This document shows positions 22,272 to 31,595 of a stretch of DNA of 64,000 nt, piece by piece (position 1 is the stretch's first letter; every line of letters starts with the position of its first letter). The notes beneath the pieces are model-generated. The model was not told the origin of the DNA, made no database searches, and saw only the letters and a program-made list of their open reading frames with translations. A program made the translations under genes and the position numbers. Origin of the DNA: an uncultured Acidobacteriota bacterium (lineage in GTDB: Bacteria > Acidobacteriota > Polarisedimenticolia > Gp22-AA2); NCBI GenBank assembly GCA_964384905.1, contig CAYLND010000001.1, forward strand, positions 9,915-73,914, in the 5' to 3' direction.

Positions 22272-22945
22272 ATGCCACGGCCGCCGTGCGCGATCGCGCC
22301 TCGACCGTCCTCAAGGTGAACGAGATCTTCCATTCCATCCAGGGCGAGTCGCGTCACGCGGGAAGACCGTGCGTGTTCGTGCGGCTGACCGGCTGCAATC
22401 TGCGCTGCGTCTGGTGCGACACCGCCTACGCCTTCGAGGAGGGGATCGATCTCAGCGTCGGCTCGATCCTGGATCGGGTGGCGTCGTACGCGACGCGCTA
22501 TGCGCTCGTGACAGGAGGCGAGCCGCTCGCTCAGGAAGGGGCCGCCGACCTGGTCGCCGAGCTGTGCGATCGCGGTTACGAGGTCGCCGTGGAGACCGGC
22601 GGGAGTCTGGACATCTCGCGGCTGGATCGGCGGGCGATGGTTGTGATGGATCTCAAATGCCCGGGGAGCGGCATGAGCCAGAAGAACCACTGGGAGAACA
22701 TCCCCCGGCTGAAGCCCGGTGACGAGGTGAAATTCGTCGTGGCCGACCGCGCGGACTACGAGTGGGCGCGCGATGTCATCGCCAGGCACCGGCTCGGCGA
22801 GCGCTGCCGCCTGCTGCTCTCCCCGGTTCACGGCGCGCTCGCGCCCCGGCCTCTGGCGGAGTGGATCCTGGAGGATCGTCTGCCGGTCCGTCTGCAGCTG
22901 CAAATCCACAAGTACATCTGGCCTCCCGACCTGCGGGGGGTGTGA
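22268..22945 (+). CDS. queE: 7-carboxy-7-deazaguanine synthase (radical SAM)
   Basis: IQGES...TGCNLRCVWCDT cluster motif; ATGA overlap with nfo. Confidence 0.8.
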   Translation: MNATAAVRDRASTVLKVNEIFHSIQGESRHAGRPCVFVRLTGCNLRCVWCDTAYAFEEGIDLSVGSILDRVASYATRYALVTGGEPLAQEGAADLVAELCDRGYEVAVETGGSLDISRLDRRAMVVMDLKCPGSGMSQKNHWENIPRLKPGDEVKFVVADRADYEWARDVIARHRLGERCRLLLSPVHGALAPRPLAEWILEDRLPVRLQLQIHKYIWPPDLRGV

Positions 22946-22960
22946 CAGCCGGGGCCGGGC

Positions 22961-23650
22961 ATGTCGTCCCCCGCTCCCCGAGAGACTCTCGCGGTGGTCC
23001 TGCTGAGCGGCGGCATGGATTCGTGCGTCACCGCCGCCCTGGCGCGCGAGACGTGCGAGCTGGCGCTCTTGCACGTCTCCTACGGCCAGCGCACGGAGGA
23101 GCGCGAGCGGCGCTCCTTTCATGACATCGCGCGGCACTATGCCGTGACGCGCCGCCTGGCGGCGCGGCTCGATCATCTCAGGATGATCGGCGGCTCGGCC
23201 CTGACCGATGCGTCGCGCGACGCCGTCTCCGCCCGCCGCGCGGACTCGTCCATCCCCGACACCTACGTGCCGTTCCGCAACACGCAGCTCCTGGCGCTGG
23301 CGGTGTCCTGGGCGGAGGTGATCGGGGCGCGACGCGTCTACATCGGCGCGGTGCAGGAGGACAGCAGCGGCTACCCCGACTGTCGCGAGGAGTACTACGA
23401 CGCCTTCAACCGCTTGCTGCGGGTCGGCACGCGCCCGGAGACCCGCATGGAAGTCCTCACGCCGCTCATCCATCGGAGCAAGGAGCAGATCGTCCGGGAA
23501 GGACTGCGTCTTGGCGCGCCTTTCCATCTCACCTGGTCGTGCTACATCGACGAGGAGGCGGCCTGCGGTCGCTGCGAGTCCTGCCTGCTGCGGCTGAAGG
23601 GGTTCCGTGCGGCGGGGGTCGCCGACCCGATTCCGTACCGGGCGACATGA
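22961..23650 (+). CDS. queC: 7-cyano-7-deazaguanine synthase
   Basis: LLSGGMDS PP-loop and C-terminal CxxCxxC zinc site. Confidence 0.85.
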   Translation: MSSPAPRETLAVVLLSGGMDSCVTAALARETCELALLHVSYGQRTEERERRSFHDIARHYAVTRRLAARLDHLRMIGGSALTDASRDAVSARRADSSIPDTYVPFRNTQLLALAVSWAEVIGARRVYIGAVQEDSSGYPDCREEYYDAFNRLLRVGTRPETRMEVLTPLIHRSKEQIVREGLRLGAPFHLTWSCYIDEEAACGRCESCLLRLKGFRAAGVADPIPYRAT

Positions 23651-24696
23651 GGACCGATCAGTTCGACTATCGTCTGCCGGCCGGGCGTGTCGCGCAGGAG
23701 CCCTGCGCGAGGCGGGACGGCTCACGCCTGATGGTCCTCGACCGGCGGGGCGGGGGAGCCACCGACACGACCTTCGCCGCCATCGGCCGGCACCTGCGCC
23801 CGGGGGATCTGCTCGTCCTGAACGACACGCGGGTGATCCCGGCGCGCCTGCGGGCCCGAAAACCGACGGGCGGCCTCGTCGAGTTTCTGCTCGTGACCCG
23901 CGAGGGTGCCGAGGCGGACGGGACGTGGCGCTGCCTGGCGTCGACCGCGCGCGGAATGAGGCCGGGAGTCCGCCTGGGCGTGGCGCCGGGCCTCGACATC
24001 GAGTTTCTGGGCGAGACCGGGGACGGGCGCGTCCGCGCGCGCCTGCACGCGGAGGATGGGAACCCGGACGAGGCGCTGCGGCGGCACGGCCGAGTGCCTT
24101 TGCCGCCGTACATCCATCGCGAGGATCGGGACGACCGCGACGTCATCGATCGCGAGCGCTACCAGACGGTGTACGCGCGCCGGGACGGGGCGATCGCGGC
24201 GCCGACGGCGGGGCTCCATTTCACGGAAGAGCTGCTCGCGGGGCTGCGCGCCGGCGGGATCGAGACCGCCGCGCTGACGCTCCACGTGGGCCCCGCGACG
24301 TTCCAGCCGGTCCGCGCGCCCCGCGTCGAGGATCACCGCCTCGAGGCCGAGGCGTTCCGACTGCCCGACGAGACCGCGGCGGCGATCGCGGCCTGCCGGG
24401 CGCGCGGCGGTCGCGTCGTGGCCGTCGGCACGACGGTGGTGCGCGTTCTCGAGGAGCGCGCGCGGAACGACGGACAGGTCGAACCGGGCGAGGGGTGGTG
24501 CGGGACCATCATCATGCCGGGGCACCGCTTTCGCTCCGTCGACGCGCTGCTGACCAATTTCCACCTGCCGCGCACCTCCCTGCTCGTCCTGGTCGCCGCC
24601 TTTGCCGGGCGGGAGCGTGTCCTGGCCGCCTACGAACAGGCGATCGCCCTCGGCTTCCGCTTCTACTCCTACGGCGACGCGATGCTGATCCTGTGA
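23647..24696 (+). CDS. queA: S-adenosylmethionine:tRNA ribosyltransferase-isomerase
   Basis: MRTDQFDYRLP N-terminus, PLPPYI motif; ATGA overlap with queC. Confidence 0.85.
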   Translation: MRTDQFDYRLPAGRVAQEPCARRDGSRLMVLDRRGGGATDTTFAAIGRHLRPGDLLVLNDTRVIPARLRARKPTGGLVEFLLVTREGAEADGTWRCLASTARGMRPGVRLGVAPGLDIEFLGETGDGRVRARLHAEDGNPDEALRRHGRVPLPPYIHREDRDDRDVIDRERYQTVYARRDGAIAAPTAGLHFTEELLAGLRAGGIETAALTLHVGPATFQPVRAPRVEDHRLEAEAFRLPDETAAAIAACRARGGRVVAVGTTVVRVLEERARNDGQVEPGEGWCGTIIMPGHRFRSVDALLTNFHLPRTSLLVLVAAFAGRERVLAAYEQAIALGFRFYSYGDAMLIL

Positions 24697-25913
24697 GCGG
24701 CCCGTTCTCGTTCCGCGTCCTGGAGCGCGACCCCGCGACCGCGGCGCGACGCGGCCGGATCACGACCGCCCACGGTTCCATCGAGACGCCCGCCTTCATG
24801 CCGGTCGGGACCGCGGGCACGGTGAAGGGCATGACTCCCGAGGAGCTCGAATCGCTCGATTTCGAGATGCTCCTCGCCAACACCTACCACCTCGCCCTGC
24901 GACCCGGCGAAGAGGTGGTGCGCCGCCTCGGCGGCCTGCACCGTTTCATGGGCTGGGGGCGCGCCCTTCTGACCGACAGCGGCGGATTCCAGGTGCTCAG
25001 TCTGGCGGCCCTGCGGACCGTCACCGACGACGGGGTGACCTTCCGCTCGCACCTCGACGGATCGCTCCTGTCCATGACGCCGGAGCGCAGCATGCAGATC
25101 CAGTCGTCCCTGGGAGCGGACATCGTCATGGCCTTCGACGACTGCCCCGCCCTGCCGTCGCCCCGCCCGCGCATCGTCGAGGCGGTCCGCCGGACGTCGC
25201 TGTGGGCGCGGCGCAGCCGTGCGGCCCTCGCGGGGTCCGGGCAGGCCTTGTTCGGGATCGTCCAGGGCGGTGACGACCCGGAGCTGCGCGAGACCAGCGC
25301 GCGTGAGATCACCGACATCGGGTTCGACGGATACGCCATCGGTGGCGTCTCCGTCGGGGAATCGGCCGAACGCAGCCGCGCCGTCGTCGCGCGGACCGCT
25401 CCGCTTCTGCCGCAGGAGCGCCCGCGCTACCTGATGGGGATGGGGACGCCCGCCGACCTGGTCGAGATGGTGGCGCTCGGCTGCGACCTGTTCGACTGCG
25501 TCCTGCCGACCCGCAACGCCCGCAACGGGACCCTGTTCACCCCCGAGGGGCGCCTGTCGATCAAGAGGAAGGAGTTCGCCGACGACCCGCGGCCGATCGA
25601 TCCCGGCTGTGCTTGCCCCGTCTGCGGGCGTTTCTCGCGCGCCTACCTCAGGCATCTCTACCTGGCCGGCGAGATCCTGTCGATGCGGCTGAACACGCTG
25701 CACAACCTGCATCACTATGCCGCGCTGATGCGGAGGGCGCGCGCCGCGATCGACGCGGGGCGCTACGCCGATTTTCTGTCGGCGTTCCGTTCCCGCTGGA
25801 CCGACGCGCGCCCATCGCCCGGCGACCTGGTCGACGGCCCGATCGCCGAGGGCGCGGAGGCCCTGCGTGGCGGCAGGGCTCGGCGCACGTTTGCGGGGGA
25901 GAGGAGCGAATGA
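24693..25913 (+). CDS. tgt: Queuine tRNA-ribosyltransferase (GTG start overlapping queA stop; ~25-aa C-terminal extension)
   Basis: TDSGGFQ, GVSVGE, CxCxxC...H zinc motif. Confidence 0.85.
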   Translation: MSGPFSFRVLERDPATAARRGRITTAHGSIETPAFMPVGTAGTVKGMTPEELESLDFEMLLANTYHLALRPGEEVVRRLGGLHRFMGWGRALLTDSGGFQVLSLAALRTVTDDGVTFRSHLDGSLLSMTPERSMQIQSSLGADIVMAFDDCPALPSPRPRIVEAVRRTSLWARRSRAALAGSGQALFGIVQGGDDPELRETSAREITDIGFDGYAIGGVSVGESAERSRAVVARTAPLLPQERPRYLMGMGTPADLVEMVALGCDLFDCVLPTRNARNGTLFTPEGRLSIKRKEFADDPRPIDPGCACPVCGRFSRAYLRHLYLAGEILSMRLNTLHNLHHYAALMRRARAAIDAGRYADFLSAFRSRWTDARPSPGDLVDGPIAEGAEALRGGRARRTFAGERSE

Positions 25914-27031
25914 TACCATCGCGGTCCATGTCCGGCGCTTCGTCGCGACGAAGAGTCGCCCGCCGTTCTCCCCTTGGCCGCGTGGTTCCGGTTCTCGCTC
26001 TGGCGCTCGTCTGCGGCGCGTGCTCGAAGGAGAGTCTGGCGCGGCGCACCGCCGGACAGGGCATGGTCCTCTACAACGAGGGGAAGTATGCCGAGGCCCT
26101 GCCGATCCTCCAGAAAGCGAGCGAAGGAGGACTCCAGGACGGGGTTCTCCTCTATCAGCTGGGCTACTGCCGCGATGTCGTGGAACAGAAGCCGGACGCC
26201 CGCCGGGAGCTCTGGAAGCAGGCCGAGCCCGTGCTGATCCAGGAGGTGTCGCGCCCGGGCGGCGCGACCCTCGAGAGGCTGTATTACCTGACCGTCATCA
26301 GCTCCGACCAGGGGGCGTACGACCGCATGGCGCAGCACGCGCGACAGGCGGTGGAGCAGTTCGAGAAGGGACCCGACCCGAACGCGCTGAGCGGCGAGGA
26401 CTGGTTCCGGCTCGGGCGACTGCACGACTTCCTGCAGGAGGCGTCGGAGGCCGAGGCCGCCTACCGGCGATCGGCGTCGGTCTTCTCGAAAGCCAAGGAG
26501 GGAAACGCATCGTATCGCTCCCTGGCGCTCGCCAAGGTCGGGGACTTCGACATGAGCGCCGGTCACTATCCCACCGCCGCCGAGGAGTTCGACGAGGCGC
26601 TGCGGGCGCTCCCGTCCAACCCGCAGGTGCGGCCGTTCACGCACGCCCTGGCGCTCCTGGCCGTCCACCGCTTCGACGACGCCATCGCGCGCTTTGGAGC
26701 GGACCGCGGAGAGACCGCCGACGAGTCCCAGTACGGCGCCGACCTGGCGCGCAAGATGAAGGAGGTCGCACCGCTGGAGGCCAAGGATGTCGACGGCATG
26801 GCCTTCGCCGGCATTTCGGTCGAGGTCCTTCCTGCGCGCGTGACGGATGCCGCCAAGGCCTACCGGGCGGCGCGCGAGAAGAACAAGTACCGTCCGGGCG
26901 ACCCGCTGCCGGCGGAAGTCGCGCTGTACCAGAAACGTTTCGTCACGCTGCTGGGCGAGTACTTCGTCCGGACGAAGTCGCTCCAGGAGTTCTGCCTGAA
27001 GGAGCACATCGCCGACCTGGTGCGGCGGTGA
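25910..27031 (+). CDS. Predicted lipoprotein with helical repeat (TPR-like) body, function unknown
   Basis: Signal peptide with LVCGAC lipobox; ATGA overlap with tgt stop. Confidence 0.45.
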   Translation: MIPSRSMSGASSRRRVARRSPLGRVVPVLALALVCGACSKESLARRTAGQGMVLYNEGKYAEALPILQKASEGGLQDGVLLYQLGYCRDVVEQKPDARRELWKQAEPVLIQEVSRPGGATLERLYYLTVISSDQGAYDRMAQHARQAVEQFEKGPDPNALSGEDWFRLGRLHDFLQEASEAEAAYRRSASVFSKAKEGNASYRSLALAKVGDFDMSAGHYPTAAEEFDEALRALPSNPQVRPFTHALALLAVHRFDDAIARFGADRGETADESQYGADLARKMKEVAPLEAKDVDGMAFAGISVEVLPARVTDAAKAYRAAREKNKYRPGDPLPAEVALYQKRFVTLLGEYFVRTKSLQEFCLKEHIADLVRR

Positions 27032-27047
27032 GCGGCGTGCCGCGCGC

Positions 27048-27791
27048 TTGGTGAGCCGCCCGGTTCCCGAGGGGCCGGTCGCCCTGCTGGGCGACGCCCA
27101 CCTGCGCGAGGAGGACACCGAGGTCGGCGCCTTCATCGGCTTTCTGGACTCCCTGCCCTCCGACATCCGGACGCTCGCCATCCTCGGGGACCTGTTCTCG
27201 GTCTGGATCGGCGCGCCCGTCCTGCAGCGCCCGCATCACCGGGCGGTCGCGGATGCGTTGCGCCGCTTCCGCGAACGCGGGCGCGTCCTGCTGTACGTCG
27301 AGGGGAATCACGACTTCTTCCTGGAGAGACTCGCGGGCGGCCGGCTCTTCGACCGATGCGTGCCGGAGTCAATCGATCTGGGGCTGGCCGGCTGGCGTGC
27401 GCATCTCGCGCACGGCGATCTGGTCAACGCGCGCGACCGCCAGTACCGCGCCTGGCGGACCCTCTCCAAGAGCCGGCTGTTCTTCTCGGCCTTCAGCCTG
27501 CTGCCGGCAGGCGTCCGCCTGTCGATCGCCGATCGCCTGGAGAAGAATCTGGCGGCGACCAATCGGAAGTTCAAGAGCAGTTTCCCGCTGGCCGAGTGCG
27601 AGGCCTACGCGCGTCGCCGCATCGCCGACGGGGCGGACCTTCTGGTGTTCGGCCACTTTCACGAGGAACGGCGGCTCGACTACCAGGTCCGGGAGCGGAG
27701 GGGAACGGTGTTCGTGCTGCCCGCCTGGCGGGCCGGTCATCGCTACCTGAGGATCGACCCGGGAGCCGAGCCGGTCTTCGTCACGGCCTGA
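27048..27791 (+). CDS. lpxH: UDP-2,3-diacylglucosamine diphosphatase-like metallophosphoesterase
   Basis: GDAHL, GDLF.WIG, GNHDF, HGD, GHFH calcineurin-like motifs in LpxH order. Confidence 0.6.
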   Translation: MVSRPVPEGPVALLGDAHLREEDTEVGAFIGFLDSLPSDIRTLAILGDLFSVWIGAPVLQRPHHRAVADALRRFRERGRVLLYVEGNHDFFLERLAGGRLFDRCVPESIDLGLAGWRAHLAHGDLVNARDRQYRAWRTLSKSRLFFSAFSLLPAGVRLSIADRLEKNLAATNRKFKSSFPLAECEAYARRRIADGADLLVFGHFHEERRLDYQVRERRGTVFVLPAWRAGHRYLRIDPGAEPVFVTA

Positions 27792-28639
27792 ACCCTTTGC
27801 TCGAACGACGCCAGGACCCGGCGGGTGATCGGGCCGGGCCGACCATGCCGGATCGGCCATCCGTCGCAGCGGCGTATCGGGAGGACCCCCTTGAGGGTGC
27901 TGGTCAGGAAGGCCTCGTCGGCGTGACGCAGATCGTCCGCCTGGAGCGTCTCCTCGGAGGTCTCGATGCCGTCGCTCCTCGCCAGATCGAGCACCAGACC
28001 GCGGGTGATCCCCTCCAGGAGCCCTTCGGACAGGGGTGGCGTGAGCAGCCGGTTGGCGCGCACCAGGAAGAGATTGCTCGACGCTCCCTCGGCGAGACGC
28101 TCGCGGTCGTTCAGCAGGATCGGCTCGTAGGCCGCCAGGCCGTGAGCCTCCCGCCAGGCGAGGAAGTTATTGAGCAGGTTGCTCGATTTGATGGCGGGGT
28201 CGAGAGCGCTCCGGGCGTTGCGCGTCACCCGCACGATCGCGACATCCACGCCTTCCCGGAGCCAGGTCTCGGGGATGACGGGGCAGGGGCGGACGTAGAC
28301 CACGACCGTGGGCGGACCGCACCCTTCCGGGTCGTAGCCGATGGGGCCGGCGCCGCGCGACAGCACGACGCGCACGGCCGCCTCGGGGAGGGACGCGTCG
28401 GAGAGCGTGCGCTCGACCTCGCGATCGATCTCCACGGTGGCCAGGTCGTAGGGGATCCCCAGCTGCGTGGCGGAGCGCCGCAGGCGGTCGAGATGCTCGC
28501 GCAGCAGAAAGGGGCGGCCGCCGTACGTCCGGAGCGTCTCGTAGACGCTGTCGCCGTACAGGAAACCGCGATCGATCGGCGAGATGGTCGCGGTCTCCGG
28601 CGGGCTCAGGATCCCGTTGACGTTGATGCGCTCGGGCAC
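27743..28639 (-). CDS. Class IV (fold type IV) PLP aminotransferase: branched-chain / D-amino-acid aminotransferase or aminodeoxychorismate lyase family
   Basis: Size and EGASSNLF / catalytic-Lys region typical of IlvE/PabC family. Confidence 0.65.
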   Translation of the reverse strand: MPERINVNGILSPPETATISPIDRGFLYGDSVYETLRTYGGRPFLLREHLDRLRRSATQLGIPYDLATVEIDREVERTLSDASLPEAAVRVVLSRGAGPIGYDPEGCGPPTVVVYVRPCPVIPETWLREGVDVAIVRVTRNARSALDPAIKSSNLLNNFLAWREAHGLAAYEPILLNDRERLAEGASSNLFLVRANRLLTPPLSEGLLEGITRGLVLDLARSDGIETSEETLQADDLRHADEAFLTSTLKGVLPIRRCDGWPIRHGRPGPITRRVLASFEQRVQAVTKTGSAPGSILR

Positions 28640-28686
28640 GGTGGTATCATAACGTCACTCCTCATGGCCCAGGACCCGAAGCTCCC

Positions 28687-29583
28687 ATGAGCGCAGAATC
28701 CGCGACGCGCGAGGCGCGTGTCGTCCAGAAGCGCCAGCTCCAGAACGTGATCGCGCTGTCCGCCGCGATCCTCGTGATCGAGGCGGTCGGCGGGCTGCTG
28801 TCGGGCAGTCTCGCGCTGCTGTCGGACGCCGGGCACGTCCTGACCGACGTCCTGGCTCTGGTGCTCAGCCTGATGGCGGTGCGTTTCTCCTCGCTGCCCG
28901 CGACGCCGGAAAAGAGCTACGGCTACCACCGGATCGAGATCCTGACCGCGCTGCTGAACGGCGCCCTTCTCATCTTGATCTCCGCCGGCATCGTGTACAA
29001 GGCTTTCGGGCGTTTTTTCGAGCCCGTGCCGATCCATAGCGGCGTCATGATGGGCGTGGCGTGCGTCGGGCTGGTCGCCAACCTCGCGGGTGTCGCTCTG
29101 CTCTCCGGCGCGCCCCAGAGCCTGAACCTGAAGGGAGCGCGCATGCATGTCGTCAGCGACGCTTACTCTTCGGTCGGCGTGCTCGCTGCGGGATTCATCA
29201 TCGCGCTGACCGGATGGCCATGGCTCGATCCCCTGGTCGGCGGGGCGATCGCGCTCGTGATCGCCGTCGGCGCGCTGCGTCTCGTGCGCGAGGCGGTGGA
29301 CGTCCTGCTGGAGGCGACGCCGGTCGGCATCGATCTGGACGATGTGAGCCGGGCCATCGCGACGGTCCCCGGGGTCGTCGAGGTCCACGATCTGCACGTC
29401 TGGAGCATCACGACCGGTCTGGCGGCGCTCAGCGGGCACGTGCGTCTCGAGGGCCTGGAGGGCCGCAGCAGCGACGAGATGCTCAACCGCATCAAGCAGA
29501 CGGTGCGCGACCGTTTCGGCATCGTCCACACCACGATCCAGATCGAATCGCTCGGCTATCACGAGCTGGGTGACGTGCACTGA
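28687..29583 (+). CDS. Cation diffusion facilitator family metal efflux transporter (CzcD/ZitB-like)
   Basis: 6 TM with HxxxD metal site (LSDAGHVLTD, HVVSDAYSS) and C-terminal cytoplasmic domain. Confidence 0.85.
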   Translation: MSAESATREARVVQKRQLQNVIALSAAILVIEAVGGLLSGSLALLSDAGHVLTDVLALVLSLMAVRFSSLPATPEKSYGYHRIEILTALLNGALLILISAGIVYKAFGRFFEPVPIHSGVMMGVACVGLVANLAGVALLSGAPQSLNLKGARMHVVSDAYSSVGVLAAGFIIALTGWPWLDPLVGGAIALVIAVGALRLVREAVDVLLEATPVGIDLDDVSRAIATVPGVVEVHDLHVWSITTGLAALSGHVRLEGLEGRSSDEMLNRIKQTVRDRFGIVHTTIQIESLGYHELGDVH

Positions 29584-29599
29584 AGGTGGCGGAGGGATC

Positions 29600-30325
29600 C
29601 TAGGGTCGATCGTGCGGCGGACCGAACAGGCAATCGTACCCGCGGTCGCAGGGCACTCCGGTCTTCAGGCCGAAGCGGTTACCGGCGTTGAGACCGAGTC
29701 CTCCGAACAGGGAGGGCGACGACGTGTCGGTCCCGTACCCCAGAAAATACAAGTGGTCCGGATACTTGTAAGGACCGACGAGACCGCCGTAGCCCAGAAC
29801 GGGATAGTAGGATGAGGGGCCCGGCGCGCTCGCCGGTGGAGGGTTGACGTTGACGATCACGGTGGTGCCACCGCTTTCCTGCGTGGCGACCTCGACTCCC
29901 TGATCCACCGGCCCCTCGCCATCACCCCGGTTCACGAGGACGCGGACCCTTCCGCCGTCGGGTTGTTTCGGCACAGTCGTGTCCTCGGCGCTTTGTCCGG
30001 AAGGCGCCGCGCGCCTGCACGACTCTTCTCCGATCCAAGACGCGGCGGAGCCCGCGGGCGCCGTCTCGACCGCGCCTGCGTCCCGCGATCCGGCGAGAAC
30101 GTTCCCTTCATCGTCCAGATTGGTCAGGACGATCACGGGAGCGCCGCGTCGATCGACCGTGCGATAGATGACGAGCTCGCTCGAATGATAGAGAACCTGG
30201 TCGGCGGGCGGCGCGGCCGACGAATCGCAGCGGCAGGGCACGGTCCCGGTGATCGACCAGACAGCCGCGGTCACGGCGCCGATTGTCGCCCATCGTCTAG
30301 CCCGACACTCCGAAGAGAATCGCAT
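29600..30325 (-). CDS. Hypothetical secreted protein with Gly/Tyr-rich C-terminus (likely starts at internal Met ~30292)
   Basis: Signal-peptide-like N-terminus; no recognisable family. Confidence 0.3.
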   Translation of the reverse strand: MRFSSECRARRWATIGAVTAAVWSITGTVPCRCDSSAAPPADQVLYHSSELVIYRTVDRRGAPVIVLTNLDDEGNVLAGSRDAGAVETAPAGSAASWIGEESCRRAAPSGQSAEDTTVPKQPDGGRVRVLVNRGDGEGPVDQGVEVATQESGGTTVIVNVNPPPASAPGPSSYYPVLGYGGLVGPYKYPDHLYFLGYGTDTSSPSLFGGLGLNAGNRFGLKTGVPCDRGYDCLFGPPHDRP

Positions 30326-30402
30326 GACGACATTGTAGCACCGGACGAGCGTCGAAGCCGGTGTGCTATCCTGCGCCGGCTGCCACAGCGGAGCGGACGA
30401 GC

Positions 30403-31533
30403 GTGCGGAACGAGGTGCGAGCTCCTCGGCGCGGTGAAGTCAGGGGAAGGCTGGTCCTGGAGGACGGCGCCGTCTTTCCCGGTGTCTCCTTCGGCGCACA
30501 TCAGCCCGCGGCCGGCGAGGTGGTGTTCACCACCGGCATGGTCGGCTATCCCGAAGCGCTCACCGATCCTTCCTACCGGGGGCAGATTCTGGCCTTCACC
30601 TATCCGTCGCTGGGGAACTATGGAGTGCCGTTCCAGGAGCCGCCCAGAGCGGCGGGCCGTGGCGCGTCGGGGGCGCCTACCCAGCGCCCCTTCGAGTCGG
30701 ACCGCATCCATCTCGCCGGCGTCGTCTGCGCCTCGTACTCGCGGATGTACTCCCACCGCACGGCCGCCGGGAGCCTGGGGGAGTGGCTGGCTTCGCGTGG
30801 GGTCCCCGGGCTGACCGGGATCGACACGCGCGCCCTGACGAAGAGGATTCGCGTCCACGGCGCTCTCCTCGGGCGCATCGAGATCGAACGCCGGCCCGTC
30901 CCCGAGTTCGTCGACCCGAACCAGCGGAACCTGGTCGACGAGGTGTCGGCCCGAGGCATTGCTCGCTACGGCGGCAAGGGCGTCCCGGTCGTGCTGATCG
31001 ACTGCGGGCGGAAAGACAACCAGGTGCGGTTTCTCGTCAGGATGGGCGCGCAGGTGACTGTCGTGCCGTGGGACCACGATCTGCGCGGGCTGGCGCGCCA
31101 GTGCGCGGGGGTCGTCATCAGCAACGGGCCCGGCGATCCCCGGCTCGCGTCGCGTGCCGTCGAGACCGCCCGTTTTCTGATGCGCCGGCGCGTGCCGATC
31201 CTAGGGATCTGCCTCGGACACCAGATCCTGGCGCTGGCCGCCGGGGCGCGCACCTACAAGATGAAGTTCGGACATCGGGCCCACAATCAGCCGTGCGTCG
31301 ACACCACCAGCGGGCGCTGCTACCAGACGAGCCAGAATCACGGCTACGCCGTGGACGGGGCGAGCCTGCCGCGCGGCTGGTCCGCCTGGTTCACCAACGC
31401 CAACGACGGAACGAACGAGGGCATCCGACACCAGACCGGCCCATGGCGCTCGGTGCAGTTCCACCCCGAGGCGGCACCCGGACCCACGGGGACAGAGTGG
31501 ATCCTGGAGGAGTTCCTGGGGGCGATCGGATGA
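30403..31533 (+). CDS. carA: Carbamoyl-phosphate synthase small (glutaminase) subunit
   Basis: LVLEDG...GEVVFTTGMVGYPEALTDPSY N-domain and GATase ICLGHQ motif. Confidence 0.85.
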   Translation: MRNEVRAPRRGEVRGRLVLEDGAVFPGVSFGAHQPAAGEVVFTTGMVGYPEALTDPSYRGQILAFTYPSLGNYGVPFQEPPRAAGRGASGAPTQRPFESDRIHLAGVVCASYSRMYSHRTAAGSLGEWLASRGVPGLTGIDTRALTKRIRVHGALLGRIEIERRPVPEFVDPNQRNLVDEVSARGIARYGGKGVPVVLIDCGRKDNQVRFLVRMGAQVTVVPWDHDLRGLARQCAGVVISNGPGDPRLASRAVETARFLMRRRVPILGICLGHQILALAAGARTYKMKFGHRAHNQPCVDTTSGRCYQTSQNHGYAVDGASLPRGWSAWFTNANDGTNEGIRHQTGPWRSVQFHPEAAPGPTGTEWILEEFLGAIG

Positions 31534-31595
31534 CGGGGGGAAGGCGCCCGCGCAGGACCCGCGGAGCCCGGCGGAGCCGGCGTTCGCACGGCCCA

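Noticed and set aside
23607-25913. 768-aa ORF upstream extension of tgt (and similar 5' extensions of carB 30783, heparinase 42817, GT4 51808, GNAT 45006)
   Set aside because: The upstream parts overlap the preceding genes in another frame and lack homology. Conserved N-termini and start/stop-overlap coupling identify the internal starts.
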